Both the position numbers and the translations under genes were made by a program. A stretch of DNA of 63,439 nucleotides, filler included, from Octopus bimaculoides (lineage: Eukaryota): assembly GCF_001194135.2 (NCBI RefSeq). It is 5 parts of 5 records of this genome, joined end to end, with 100 filler letters (N's around TTAATTAATTAA, not from the genome) between each part and the next. Parts side by side here need not be neighbours in the genome. Positions count along the whole stretch, not along the records: positions 1 to 28,959 come from NC_068995.1; 4 more parts are not named here. The stretch is one strand, 5' to 3'. The notes beneath the pieces are model-generated. The model did not search any database. It was not told the origin of the DNA and worked only from the letters and a program-made list of their open reading frames with translations. Below are positions 1-13,478 of the stretch, piece by piece (the first letter of the stretch is position 1; every line of letters begins with the position of its first letter).

Positions 1-2
1 AG

Positions 3-530
3 GCCACAGCCCATGGAGAACTAGCGATTAGGTTTAGAAAAGCTCTGAAGGAGTCCAAACTCAACATTAAGATTGTTGAAAAGCCAGGGAACTCCATCAG
101 ATCACAACTATGTAGGACGTACCCCTTTGAGAATACCATATGTACCAATGATAACTGCATGGTATGTAGGATTAGCCCTGGTATTAACTGCAGAAATAGA
201 AATGTAGTTTACAGCATAAAATGCATGGAAGGTGCTTGTAAAGACCTCAATATGACATACATAGGGGAGACATCTAGGAGCATTGCGGAACGACTAAACG
301 AACATATGAGACAATATGACGACAGAAAACAGTCCTCCATACTCTACCAGCATGCCAAAGACCAGCATGGAGGCAACTTGGGTCAACTTGACATCCGCAT
401 CTTATCGAAACACCCAAAAGACCCAACTCTAAGACAAATACAGGAGTACGTCCTTATAAATGAAACTTCCCCAATAATAAATAGGAAATATACACAGATA
501 TCATACCCACATTTTACACAGGTAAAGTAG
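3..530 (+). mobile_element. Penelope-like element, 3' end of ORF (Cys-rich linker + GIY-YIG endonuclease); 5' part lies outside the window
   Basis: The frame is open from 3 to the stop at 530. It reads ...EKPGNSIRSQLCRTYPFENTICTNDNCMVC...NCRNRNVVYSIKC...TYIGETSRSIAERLNEH...RQIQEYVLINETSPIINRK, i.e. VVY..C / YIGETSR..R..EH GIY-YIG motifs preceded by a CxxxxCxxC linker typical of PLEs. Confidence 0.9.
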
Positions 531-549
531 AACAGTTAATGGGCTTTTA

Positions 550-1020
550 TGCAGATAGATGTATGTGTGGGTGTGTGTGCGTGCATGCACATGTATGTAT
601 ATGTAAACCAACGGGCCTACATACAAACGGGTAGGTACATAGGGTATATGAACAGACAACTACATACGCAAATAGAGACTGAAACACATGACCACATATA
701 CACACACACTTGTCCACACATATGGAGATGTGCACCCATACATACAAACATAGTACATAGCAGCAAAACACACACACACACACTCAGACATGCACACACA
801 AGGAGACAGAGGTACATACATACATATACACACATACATAAAAAACACACAAACACAGGAATATGCAGAATACATACATGCAAATACACACATACATACA
901 TACATATATACATATGCACACACACACAGACATACATACACACACATGTACACATACATGCATACATACATACATACACACACACTGAGACACACAGATG
1001 CACAAAAACAAACAAAAGCA
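550..1020. repeat. Degenerate (CA/TA)n compound microsatellite
   Basis: Runs of cacacatacata; these generate the spurious HTHT/CVCV ORFs. Confidence 0.85.
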
Positions 1021-1744
1021 AAAAAAGAATGCAGCGTAAATAACGGACAGTGAAGACTATTGATAAAGTTGCAAGACGCAATGAAAATTTTAGGAAAATA
1101 AAAAGAAAAATAAGTGGAAATTTTACCGGTGAGTGTGTTAAATTTTAAGGCACAATAAGAAAATGACTCTCCCCAGACACAACAGAATATGCTTCAACAC
1201 ACGAAATCACATAAAAAATCTTGCAAACCAAATCCAAAAACGAAATCTATTTTTAGCTATGGTGAAATCCTAAATCTATTTTTAGCTATGAATACAATGA
1301 ATACAATGCGTTAGTTATGTCTGGTGTCCGTTACATATCATTAGTAGTAATCTTAGAAATTTTTGTAGGTTCCCCACCACTGTCAGAACATTAATAACAT
1401 GAGACTATATTTTTCTGGATGAAAATCATGGCTGGCATAGTTGAATGAACGCATCTAGTGACAGTCCCAAAATACAGGTCTCTAAATTTAATCTGTCAAG
1501 TGGTAGAGTGGACAGGAGTTGTTTCTATGTAGCCCAGTGGATGAATAGCCCTGTGTCTATGTATGCAGGCATCCAATTTTGCTATTAAATGTCTTTTTTC
1601 TAACCATTTAACACATATACATGTAGAATGTGCCAGTTAGCAACCATGATTGTGTTCAATGGTAAGGTTTTTAGCTGTATAAATTCAACATGTCAAGCTG
1701 TAGAATGAGTTTCTGTGTAAATAGTTGTTCGTGAATGTAGTTTG

Positions 1745-1973
1745 TTAATGCGTTAGTGTTCAGATAACTCTGTCAAATGTAATGCTTATTTATTTACATC
1801 GTTTTGAAATTATCCTGCATTAACTTGTAGTCTTGAAATTTTGATGATGCGATTGTTTATGTTTAAAATGACATTTTAGGGTAGGTCTGAGAGGCCAGAT
1901 CTGGCCAGTTTGAATATAAAGCAAGTAGAATATTTTGGCCGGATATGGCTGGTTTAAAATGCTAAAGGATTAA
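1745..1973. mobile_element. piggyBac-like non-autonomous element (MITE), degenerate
   Basis: Bounded by TTAA at 1745 and ...ATGCTAAAGGATTAA at 1973. The interior is homologous to 55307-55516, which ends GAAGGGTTAA. A TTAA target with CCC/GGG ends is piggyBac-like; the left TIR is decayed. Confidence 0.55.
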
Positions 1974-1989
1974 AGCTTATTTAGTCTTG

Positions 1990-2665
1990 GTTTGTACTTT
2001 TCCTCAAGCACGGTGCGTCGCCCGATGATTCAAGGTGCATTTTAAATGGGCTGGTTATGCAACACTGGTGTAGGCTACAGCTGTGATCTCACTTTATTTG
2101 CTGGGTCTTCTCAATCACAGCATATTTCCAGAGGTCTTGGTCTTTCGTCGTTGCCTCTGTGAGGCCCAAAGTTCGAAGGTCATGCTTCACCACCACATCC
2201 CATGTCTTCCTCTTCCATGGGTTCCTTCCACTGTTAGGGAGTGACACTTCTACACACAACTCTTCTCGTCCTTTCGCAGCACATGACCATACCAGCGCAG
2301 TCGTCTCTCTTACATCTGATGCTTCTATGTCCAACATTTCTCTCAGAGTGCTTACACACTGTCATGTGTGCACACTGACATACATTCAGCAGATCATACT
2401 AGCTTCATGTCTTTCAAACCTACGCATGTCTTCAGCAGCCACTGCCCATGTTTTACTGCTGTATAGCATGGGAGTTCGCACACATGCATCATACAATCTA
2501 CCTTTCACTCTGAACAAGAGGCCCTTTGTCACCAGCAGAGGTAGGAGCTTTCTGAACTTTGCCCAGGCTATTCTTATTCTAGTGACAACACTCTCCAAGC
2601 ATCTTCCCCCACTACAAACTTGGTCACCTAGGCAGTGGAAGCTATCAACTACTTCAGTAAAATAA
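1990..2665 (-). mobile_element. RTE-clade LINE, 5'-truncated 3' fragment (RT C-terminus and ORF end)
   Basis: Minus-strand peptides SVVTRIRIAWAKFRKLLPLL...KGRLYDACVRTPMLYSSKTWAV and GRNPWKRKTWDVVVKHDLRTLGLTEATTKDQDLWKYAVIEKT* are split across frames. Confidence 0.9.
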
Positions 2666-2759
2666 AAATGGTTATCATGTTCTATGGACACAAATGTGTC
2701 TCCTGAAGCCTGCTGGTGTCTTGCAAACCTTTTGGCAAATAGAAGAAGTTGAAAACTCA

Positions 2760-3000
2760 GTTTGTTTGAGTGCTTGTGGATCATTTACTATATGTTTTCT
2801 TGAATGAACAGCAAGGCCAGTTTTGCTTTGTGCTACAAAACCACAATGAGAGGTAAGGTTTCTATTTAGAGGAGCAGCGTTTTATGAGTGCCTTCATGCT
2901 TCCATGAAGTTGGTCCCGATGTTGGAGTCAACTTTGCTTAAATCTTTGAACTGTGGAGAAGCAGGACTGGTGCCAGGTCCTGTGTTTTGATGCTTTGTTT
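2760..3000 (-). mobile_element. Decayed RTE/BovB-like ORF C-terminus with zinc-finger relic
   Basis: Manual minus-strand translation gives ...RNLTSHCGFVAQSKTGLAVHSRKH, resembling the terminal C2H2-type knuckle of BovB-like RTEs with the first Cys lost. Confidence 0.45.
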
Positions 3001-3009
3001 TCCAAGAAA

Positions 3010-3185
3010 GCACCCACTACACTCTTGGGGTGGTTGGCGTTAAGAAGGGCATCCAGCTGTAGAAACATTGCCAGATCAAATTGGAGCTTGGTGCAGCCTC
3101 CTGGCTTGCCAGTCCCTAGTCAAACCGTTCAACCCATGCTAGCATGGAAAACAGATGTTAAACGCTGATGATGTTGATGATGAAC
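3010..3185 (+). mobile_element. Family A short interspersed repeat (probable RTE 3' UTR) with (GAT)n tail
   Basis: Contains aaagcacccactacactc..ggttggcgtt..gaagggcatccagctgtagaaac..cccatgctagcatggaaa..gatgatga; at least 10 copies occur in the window. Confidence 0.85.
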
Positions 3186-3239
3186 CCTCATTTCAGTACT
3201 ATATTTAAGAGATGAGGAAATATCCGTCAAATGTAAATA

Positions 3240-6200
3240 ATGAACCCTCATTTGTCGTTCATGAGGGAATCCATCATATATATATATATGGTGGTTGTCT
3301 ACTCCTTATGCAGAGTTCGACCACCTCCTGTACCTACACCTTAGCGCTATCATGGCATCTGATGTGGCTTTTTAAACCAGACAATGCTTGAAAAGATACC
3401 CACACTGATTGCACATCCGATTTGGACCACCAAGAGCTGCAGATAAATTCTGATCTTTGTGGATCTTAAAGTGTCTTTTCAGGCCTCCGTTGGATTTGCA
3501 AACCTGGCATATACTGCATTCAAAGGTGTGCACAGACATATAGGCAGAATAGTTGATAGAGGTTCGTTTTCCATGGGTTCACAGATGAGATTTGAACCCA
3601 GAAAAAGACAGGCATGGTCTGTGACAGACTGTGCACACAAAAAGGTCATTGTCGTTCACCTCAATTGTTACATTCTTCCTTAGATCTCTTTTGAGTCTTA
3701 CATGCATTATCCTGGCCTCTTCAAATGCTTTCACTCCACTCCAAACTTTTGTTGGCCATCCAACTCAATCCGAAGCAAGGGTTTCTATGTCTTCTGGATC
3801 CATTCCAAGTGATTTCATAGTAATCCTTATGTCGTCCTTAAATCTTTTTTTAGGTTTAAGCCGATAGCGTTTCCCCTCTGCAACCATAAAACAGCTGTTT
3901 TGGCATTCGTTCATCTGCCATTCAAACAATATGGCCATACCATCTCATTTGGTTCCTCAAAATCACAGCTTTAATTGAGGTGATGCCTGCAGATGTAAGG
4001 ACATCTGTGTTTGGAGTAAAAGAACTCCATTTAATTTTTTAAATGCGATGAAGGCATTTTTGGTGGAATTGTTCTAACAATTTAAAATGCCTTTCATAAC
4101 AAGTCCAAGTTTCACAGGAATACAACAGGGATGGTAAGCCAAATGATTTGTAAAGAGCCAACTTTGTATTCTTATTTATATGTCGTTGGCACCAAATGCG
4201 TGATTCTAAGCCATCTAATGCTTTTGCTGCCCTTTGAATTTGCAGATGTATTTCTATATCAAGATTTCCATCATTTTGTACAGAGCTTCCAAGGTAGATG
4301 AACGAATCGACAACCTCAAATAACTTATCCTTAACAAAAATTTTAGGCGGGGTTACAAACAGCACCACATGNNNNNNNNNNNNNNNNNNNNNNNNNNNNN
4401 NNNNNNNNNNNNNNNNNNNNNNNNNNNNNNNNNNNNNNNNNNNNNNNNNNNNNNNNNNNNNNNNNNNNNNNNNNNNNNNNNNNNNNNNNNNNNNNNNNNN
4501 NNNNNNNNNNNNNNNNNNNNNNNNNNNNNNNNNNNNNNNNNNNNNNNNNNNNNNNNNNNNNNNNNNNNNNNNNNNNNNNNNNNNNNNNNNNNNNNNNNNN
4601 NNNNNNNNNNNNNNNNNNTTCATATCTCGATGCAAAACTCTGATCATGTTTACAAATTATTTTTCTGGGCAACCTATTTTCCTTAGAATCAGTCACAGAG
4701 CATTTCGATTAACAGTATCGAATGCTTTGCTCAAATCAACAAAGCAATGGTATAGAGCAAGATTCTGTTCAATGCACTTTTCTTGTAATTGTCTGACAGT
4801 AAAGATACAATCATCTGTGCCCCTGGAGGAACGAAAATCACACTGAGACTCAAACACTACATTTAGAACTACAAAAGTATTTAAATGTTCTAAAAAAATG
4901 CGAGCAAGTACCTTTCCAACCACAGACAAAAGCGAAATCCCATGAAAATTACCACACAGATCCTTTGGCCCTGATTTATACAAGGAGACTAAAACGGCAT
5001 CAATCCAGTCTTGAGGCACTTTCTCAATTCTCCAACAGTGACAAATTTATATATTTAAGAGTTCAAACATTTTGTCATCCCCATATTTCAAGACTTCTGT
5101 ACAGATTCCATCAGACACTGGAGACTTATTGTTATTCAGCTTATTCACAGTTAAATAAATGTCATTTAGAGTTGGTTCAAATGCCATCTCTTCTATAACT
5201 GGAAAGTGTTCGATTTTTTTAATCATCCTGATGGTCTATTCAAAAGTACAGAAAAATATTCTACCCAGCGCTTATCAGTCAGAAGCAAATGTCACTTTGC
5301 TGTTCTCACTGGAGCTACTGAAGAAGATTTTGGGTCATATACCTCCTTAACATAAGAGTACAAACCCATGGCATCATTTCTATCAGCTGCATTTTGTGAC
5401 CCTTTTGCTCTATCATTCCACCATTTCTGTTTAATTTTCCTTAGAACAGCCTGCACTTTCCTTTTCAGCTTTCTATAAGCTTCGTTTGAGTTGGGGTTCA
5501 AGGACTGAGAAAAAAGTGTACTGCCTAAGTTTTGTTTTTCTAAAAGTAGATCATGAATTTCTGCTGATCTATCTGAGAACCAGTCACTGGACTTACGTGA
5601 ATTAAATCCCACTGACTAACTTGCAGCCTGAAATACTTTTGTTTTGAAATCTTCCCATAGATTGTTTGGGTCAAGATTGATACTTTCTATAGCATCGTGG
5701 AATCTTTGCAAGTTGCTTGATAATTTAAAGTTTGCAACATTTAACTTTTTGGGTACCTTAAGACCAGGCTGTCGATTTTTAGGCATTACCGAAAAATCTA
5801 TTTTTCCATGCACTAGATGATGGTCAGTCCAGCTCTCTGCCCTTCACATGGCCCGAATGCTAGAAACATCTTTCATATCACGTTTTCTGATCAGAATATA
5901 ATGTATGAGATATCAGATTATTCTCAGTATAAAATGTCAAAAGAGCTACTCCATTTTTATTACATTTTCCAATCCCACGTCGACCTAAAACAGGCCATAA
6001 AACACAATCCTTTCCAACTCTTGCATTGAAATCTCCCAATATGACCAGCTTGTCAGAAATTGGTACTTTCTTCAATAATTGTGCGAGATCATCATAAAAC
6101 TGTCCTACTGCTTCATCAGAATGGGACATTTTTGGTACATAAATACTGACAACGGTAAGAAACCTACCTTTTGTCAGTTTAATATGACATGACATGATCT

Positions 6201-6700
6201 CTTCAGATATACCACTTAGAAGCTCTGCAATGGAGGATACTAATGTATTCTTGAGAGCAAACCCAACACCAGATTCTCTACACTGGCCCTTAGGTAGGCC
6301 TCTCCAAAAGATAGTATATTCATTTACTTGACCCTCAGCAGAGAGACAGGTTTCAGAGAGCGCAACTATATCAAGGGAATATTTCTTAAGCTCACATGCA
6401 ATAAGTACAGTATGCCTTTCTGGCCTCTTATTGAAATTATCAAGAGCCAAAATTCAAAGGATATTTATTTTTTTATTTTTCTTGGTGATTGTTTGACCAC
6501 AGTGGCAGGACGACAACTGGGTCCATCCTGTGATACACTGGAACACCTGCCGAGCCAGACCTGTTCCTCCTGACTTTCCCAAGCCTTTGTTGCCATTTAC
6601 TGAATCTGTTTGAGACATTTTAGAATAAGTTACAAGTGCATTTTTAGGTTTCTGCCAACCAACCAATTCAATGATTTTACTAAGATATGGTATACAGGAA
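3240..6700 (-). mobile_element. Near full-length but disrupted RTE/BovB-like LINE (APE endonuclease + RT + terminal zinc finger)
   Basis: APE at 5878-6450 (IVALSET, SGVGFA, SIYVP, VILGDFNARVG). Linker at 5292-5813. RT at 4693-5019 (GISLLSVVGKVLARI, SQCDFRSSRGTDDCIF, FVDLSKAFDTVNR) and 4039-4370 (FIYLGS, LPSLLYSCETWT). CxxC..GLKSHIRCH lies near 3340-3420. Many frameshifts and stops, plus an internal gap at 4372-4618. Confidence 0.93.
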
Positions 6701-7189
6701 GTACCTGTGCAGATGAATAATTTTCGGTGGGAGTAGCTTGCACTGCACTACCCCCACCTATTGGCCCAAGAAGACTTTTGCTGGTGTAACATGAAAATTG
6801 ACAAAACCAGGAACTTCCAAGGCCTCAGGTTTTATTTTGGAGATTTCCTTCTCTTAGGTAGATTACCAGCCAAGGTTAAAGAAAGAGCTTCTACCTGCCC
6901 ATGGAGTAAGCTATCCCATTCCAGACACCAAACCGACACTCAGACACTCTATAAAGTGATCAAATATCACTCTGGTGACCAACGCGGAGTAGCTCATTCA
7001 TACATAAAAATAAAAAAGAAAAAAGAAAGAAAAGACAAGTACGTTATGTGATTTGCAAATGTAAATAAGAATTATATATAAATATTAAAAAGTGAAAGAT
7101 ATGCAATAAATATAAATATGTATATAAAAGTAAAAATATACATATACATATAAGAAAAAGTATTCTTATTTACATTTCCATATATAGAG

Positions 7190-7415
7190 CACCAGCTGTC
7201 TGGCTTTCGTGCTGGTGGCATGTAAATAGCACCACTTGAGTGTAACCGTTACCAACGTCGCCTTCCTGGCACTTGTGTCAGTGGCACATGAAAAGACATT
7301 CGAGCAAGTTCGTTGCCAGTACCTCCTGACTGGCCTTCATGCGGGTGGCACATAAAAGCACCCACTACACTCTCGGAGTGGTTGGCGTTAGGAAGGACAT
7401 CCAGCTGTAGAAACT
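7190..7415 (+). mobile_element. Family A repeat (longer 5' portion with internal sub-repeats, 3' truncated)
   Basis: Contains gccagtacctcctgactggcc..ggtggcacataaaagcacccactacactctcggagtggttggcgttaggaagg. Confidence 0.85.
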
Positions 7416-8439
7416 CTACTTAACTAGCTGTAGAAACTCTACTTAACTCTTGTTTACTATTTGAATGTACTTTTTACTGACAGCTAATTTTTTCTTGGAG
7501 GCTAATTAAATTAGGATAATTACTCGTTTCTTGGCCTGTTTAATCTAATTTCTAATTCCTCGTTTCTCTAGTTTAATTTCTCATCTGCCACGAACACTAT
7601 GAATGTATTCTATACTAAACACTCCTTTCGTTTGTTCCTCATACCATCTCCCCACATTAAATTTGCTTGTTCACCCTGTCCCAACCCCCAATACCGGATA
7701 TCTCGATCTTTATTTTCTCATCATCTACACCAGATATCGCTCTCCTCCCACTACCATTACCTGATGTCTCTTTTCTCCACTGCTCCTCCTCACTGGGCTG
7801 TTCTCTAAATATTACCTGCACTCTTCTCTCCCTCCTGGGACATATGCAACTAACTCAGTTGCTCATCTACTTACCAGCTATTTTTCGTTACTTTTTGTCT
7901 AGTGATCTCTCACCACCATTACCAGATGTCCCTTCTCTCAATCCCACTTCCTCACTGGTGCTGTTCTCTATACTACTTGCACCCCCACTCTCTCCCTGAA
8001 AAACGCAACTAGGTCATCTGCCCATCTACTTAACTATTCTTCGTTTCGTTTCATCCCATCTAAAAATATGCCAACAACTACCCAGTAATTTTTCCATGCA
8101 CATATCAAGTGAAGGAGACAGCTAATGGGCTATACGTGTGTGCTTGTTTCCCTGTGTCTGTGTGCATCTGTGCTTGTGTGTATGTATGGATGAACTTGCT
8201 TCCTCTCTCTCTGTCTGAAATCACACCCGCCTCTTATGATGACCATAATGCTTATAGTCACAATGCCGTTAACACCTAATCCTACCTCCAGTAGGAGCAA
8301 CAGTCTTAATCCTAACATGCTTGAATGTTTGAATGATATCAGGTCGGAAGTGAGAACAGATGAAGCATGCCTAGAAAACGAACATGACAACCTTCCTCTT
8401 CTTTTCAGGCACTGAATAACATCTCTCCTCCCGAAACCT

Positions 8440-9500
8440 CACCCCACTTTCCTTTCCCAGTTTTCAGAGTTGGCACAGTCAATGTACGCACATTGAAAGG
8501 TAGATCTAGTGAGATTGTAGAGATGCTTGAAAGGAGATGTGTTGATGTATGCTGCATACAAGAGGTAAGATGGAGAGGAGCTTCAGCTAGGGTCCTCACA
8601 GGCAAGGCACATAGGTATAAAATCTTCTGGCAAGGTAACATGGATGGAGTGGGGGGTGTAGGCATACACCTTGCAGAGAAATGGGTAGATAAAGTCATAG
8701 AGGTTGTCAGAGTGCTTAAGCTCAGGCTAGTCTTACAGAACAGCACAGCTACAATTATCTCTGCCTATGCCCCCACAAGCGGGCCTACCAAATGATCAGA
8801 AGGACTATTTTTATGATACCCTTCTACAGGCTACTTCAAAGACGAGTGGCAATGACCTCATCTTTGCAGCTGGAAATTTTTAATGGGCATGTTGGATGGC
8901 AATCCGGTATCTTCACTGGTGTACACGAGGGCCATGGTATTGGTTCCCAAAACGATGAGGGAACTAGGCTACTGGAGTTCTGTGGTGCATATAACCTTTT
9001 AATCTGCAACACTAACTTCAGGAAACCAGACAGCCACCTGATAACTTATCAATCAGGTAACTCTGCTAGCCAGATTGATTTCATCCTCACCAGACAGCAG
9101 GACACAGGGCTGCTCTTAAATACAAAGACCCTCCTGGGTGAAGAATGTACCCCCCAGCATAGGCTAGTCATTAGTGACTTTAGGCTCAAGGCCAGAAGGA
9201 TACCAAGAAGCAGACCAATCCAAAAAAGAAGGATTTGGAAGCTAAAGAACCTTTCACATGGTCAGAAATTTAGGGACATCCTCATCGAGAAATTTGATGA
9301 GAAGGAGGAGGAGCTACAGACATCGGACATAGAAGGTAGCTGGAAATTCCTACAGGACAGCTTGCTGAGTGCCTCAGACCAAGTCTGCGGATGGTGCAAA
9401 GTCCCTTCCAGACCTAGAGTTACGTGGTGGTGGAATAGTACGGTAGACAAAGCCATTAGAGCAAAGAAACAGGCCTGGAAAGCCTGGAAGGGTTGGGGTA
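8440..9500 (+). mobile_element. RTE-clade LINE 5' fragment (APE endonuclease + linker), ends before RT
   Basis: Peptides RVGTVNVRTLKGRSSEIVEMLERRCVDVCCIQEVRW, GVGGVG, TIISAYAP, GNFNGHVG, SQIDFIL, QHRLVISDF and TWWWN, with a frameshift near 8790. Confidence 0.92.
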
Positions 9501-9582
9501 GCAGGTTGTTTTCGTATTTCTTATTTCATGTTGTTTTCATATTTCGTATTTCATGTTGTTTAGGTTTTGTGACATCCTGTAC

Positions 9583-9637
<55 letters not shown>

Positions 9638-10244
9638 TAAGTATGTAGTAGTAGTGGTAGTAGTAATATTTTGCATTATGAATTCAGAATTGATTTCCCA
9701 ATTAAGGAATAAATTGTATATCAAATGAAGAATAAATTGAATTTAGAATAACAGATTTCTATACGACATATTTTGCTTTTTTCTTCCAATATATAAACAA
9801 CAATTTCATTCCTGGGCAACGCTGGGTGCCTCTATATGTAGAGAGAGAGAGGAGAGAGAGAGATGTATATAGATAGATATAGATATATATATATGAATAC
9901 GTACATACATATTATCATCAAAGATTAATTTTCCATGCTTGTATGCGTTATGGGTCTTCGCTGGTTGCCCTTCTTGTCACCAATTCCTACTTGTTTTCCA
10001 AGTGAGTTAATTATCTTCTAGTCTATTGAACAACAAACAGCCTGGACATGTTTTATCTGGAGAACTGGAAACAAATGGTATCATATGAACAAGCGTCTTG
10101 TTTACAAAATTTCACACAACACATCAAAATATGTTAAGAACCTAGACATGCTTTCACTGCAGACTGCAAGTAAATGAAACTGTTAGTAAACTTACTGTTT
10201 GCAATCAACAAGCGAGCACACACACAGTCACACATACATACATG

Positions 10245-10350
10245 ATGAGCTTCTTTAAGTTTCTGTAAACCAAATCCACTCACAAGCCTTTGGTCAGCCT
10301 AGGGCTATAGATGACATTTGCTTGAGGTGCCATACAGTGGGACTGAGCTT
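10245..10350 (-). mobile_element. Family C SINE 5' half, degenerate
   Basis: Contains ccaaatccactcacaagcctttggtcagcc...gaggtgccatacagtgggactgag, matching 42030-42185. Confidence 0.75.
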
Positions 10351-10382
10351 GAAAGTCCCACAAATCTAAACACACACACACC

Positions 10383-10450
<68 letters not shown>

Positions 10451-10949
10451 GAGAGAGATGTAGATATATGTATGTAGATGTTATAATTGTGTGAGGCATG
10501 CATAAGAGTTGAAAGACTGTGGAAAAAAAAACTTTCACAGAGTAATTAAACATCAAAACAAAAACAGCAAGAAGATATAAAAAAAAGAAGAAAAAGACAA
10601 CACCAACAGAGATGTGATGAAATGAATGGAGACAAACATCAAGAATATTTAAAGCTAAACTATGAATGATATAAAAATGCAAATCATCCTTTCTTTCTTA
10701 AATAGGTCCTCTTAATATCATTCTGTGGAATTTACATAGGTCCAACTAGTACACACACACACAAAGATTCTTTCAGTTTCTGTCCACCAAATTCACTCAG
10801 AGGTCTTTGCTTGGCCAGGGAATATAATAAAAGGAACTTTTCATATCAAGGAAACATCACCTTACTCTACTCCTCTACACATGTACAACCTCACAGTCAC
10901 TCCAAATGCTGGACCTCACTACTACTGAGGATCTCTAGTGGTGAAAGCA

Positions 10950-11430
10950 CATCCTTATCATGGCTAAAATCCAATCCATGGCCAGAAGATATTTCAGCCC
11001 CTGACAACTGGTGACACCTCTCCAAGGCCCAAGTGAGGTCCACAATGGAGTACTGCACCTACATCTGGGTCAGTGCTGCTGCTATATGCGCAGACATCCT
11101 GTTTTGCAACCAGAGAAGGGCTGCATTTAATTACAAACAGAAACATTCCAGCCTTTGGCCCAAAGGCATATTATCTCTTCTCTCTATCTTTTCTGTCACT
11201 ACAATAATGGCCTCTGCTCCTCAGAATATGCTGGTCTCATACCTTAAGCACTCATGCATCCAACCCACCTTGTCTCTCCACCACTCATCCCAACTCCTGA
11301 CCAGGAATAACCACTACGTCTAGTCATTTCTTCCCAGAACACTGGCCCACTGGGATTTCCTCTCTGCTCATATTTTTCCTATAGGTGTAGTTCTTTAACT
11401 GTTTGAACAGAACATTTAACAGCATCGACC
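10950..11430 (+). mobile_element. Decayed LINE RT C-terminal fragment (CR1/L2/Jockey-group-like)
   Basis: QVRSTMEYCTYIW...QRRA matches the (R/S)xMEYCxxIW...QxRA post-RT motif, followed by a FFP..HW(N)..P-like relic near 11330. Confidence 0.55.
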
Positions 11431-13392
11431 TCGCCAGTTTCTGAGGGTCAGTATGTCTCAAGGGCACCACCTCAATCTTAACTGGTCTCATCAGGTCTGT
11501 TAGAGTCATGAGTACTGTCCCTTCCTTCAGACTCAGGATGGCATATTTAAGGTGGTCGATTGATAACCCCATCTGAACGTCGGATATCACGCCTTATGGT
11601 GTTCTGATTTCAAATTTCGCCAAGATCAGCTTTGTCTTTCATCTTTTTCAGGTTGATGAATAAAGTAGTTATCAAGTACTGAAGTCGACCGTCTCTCTCT
11701 CTCTCTCTCTCTCTAAGACATCAACTGTGTTCAAGCCTGGAAAGAAATGGAATTAGCCTGGTTTAAAATGTGGAACATGTGTCACAATGCCGACCACAGG
11801 AATCCTACAGGAGTTGAGGGCCTCATCTCCATGTTACATCTATACACACACACACACAGACACACACATAATTAGCAACTTATCCCCATCTCTGACCGTA
11901 CTCATGCCATTGTACATTTACTAGGTTTGACAACTATTTCATCAAATCGTACATTCCGAATTCAATGTCAGCATTTTCCTTATAAAATTATATTTGATAC
12001 ACGACATTGAGTGATCCTTTAATTAATGTTTAACAGTTTTTCTGTAATCCTACTTATATGCAAAACATAGGCACAATCAATGCGTGTGTGTTCGCATGTT
12101 TGTGATCAGTGAGCAGCTTTCAAAGACGTTCTCTCCGATCATAAATGAGAATTAAAACTATATTGTTGTGCTCATAACAATAAATGGTTCTGACAGAAGG
12201 AATTGATATTGCAAATGAGTGGCCAAATGTCTTTAAAGAATGAGTAGAATGAGTCCGTGTTTCTTCTGGTATGTGGGTGTATGTATGTAAGTTCCTGTAA
12301 GCTTCTACAAGCAGTATGCAGAAGTGAGTTTTAGCAAATTAGTCGTTCGAGACTTGTCAGCTGATAACAAACTATATATAAACACGTTTACTATCAGGTT
12401 ATAAACGACAAATAGGTAGTTAAATACATAACGAAATTCAAAATGCCTTATTAAATGACGTGCTTTCTTACTAATAATCTCGTGATGAATCGCAGTTACG
12501 ATATATTTGAAATGAGAGTCAACACGGATTTTTTTTTTTAAATTGCTTCTATTGGAAATTAAATAAATGTCAGTACCCAAAAAAGACGCGAGAATAATAA
12601 AAGGCAAAACAAATAAACCAGTAACTGAAAATTAAACAATAGAAAGAGCATGTGTAACAAAACAAAAACTATTTTGCCTTAATGTGCTTTTTTTTCCTCG
12701 AATCTAAATTGCTTCCCTACATGACAACTAATATTTAAGAATATTTCTTCACTAAACCATTCGCATTTAATCTGGATCACAATTTCCAACCACATATCCA
12801 GAGCGGTCTTTATTTCAATTTCATTTAGAAAAGCAACGAGAGATAACATTGTTACTACCCAAGACTCGTTGTGAAACAAACACCATATTGTCGGATTCCG
12901 CAACGGTCATTCCAACCAGCAAAGATTACACTATTAATTCGACAATAAGCTTATTTGTGTTAATTCATTATGACACAACAAATTTTCTTACAAATTTCAC
13001 TTACCTTTCGGCAATAAAATTGGTATCAAATAATTGCTTTTAATTTTAAAGCCAATTGAGTTTAATAAGGGAGGTAATCTATAAGTGGAGGCTCGAATTG
13101 TTACTTCCGAAGAAAATTGACTCCGAAAGTTTCAGACAATCAAAACACATTCCCTTTTTGATCAATCTGATCACTATTCAGAGTGCCACCTATTTTCTAT
13201 TAGTGCCAAATTTTCTAGACATTAGTTTGACGCTTTTTTTTTTAAATGTAAAACGTGCATTTCATTTTTATGGGAATATAACACGTATGTACATATATAA
13301 CACGTATATACATATATAATACAAAACCATATTAAAATACAATTCCCAAACCGAAGAAAACACTACTACCTCTTATGATTCTCGTCGTCTCT

Positions 13393-13394
<2 letters not shown>

Positions 13395-13476
<82 letters not shown>
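13395..13476. repeat. (AT)n microsatellite; similar arrays at 9585-9620, 10385-10446, 29885-29943, 31675-31736, 35260-35356 and elsewhere
   Basis: Seen directly in the sequence. Confidence 0.95.

Positions 13477-13478
<2 letters not shown>

Noticed and set aside
547-1081. Long ORFs rich in HT/CV/YI (also at 44490-45830, 52840-53170, 56088-56316)
   Set aside because: They are translations of CA/TG/TA microsatellites with no domain content.
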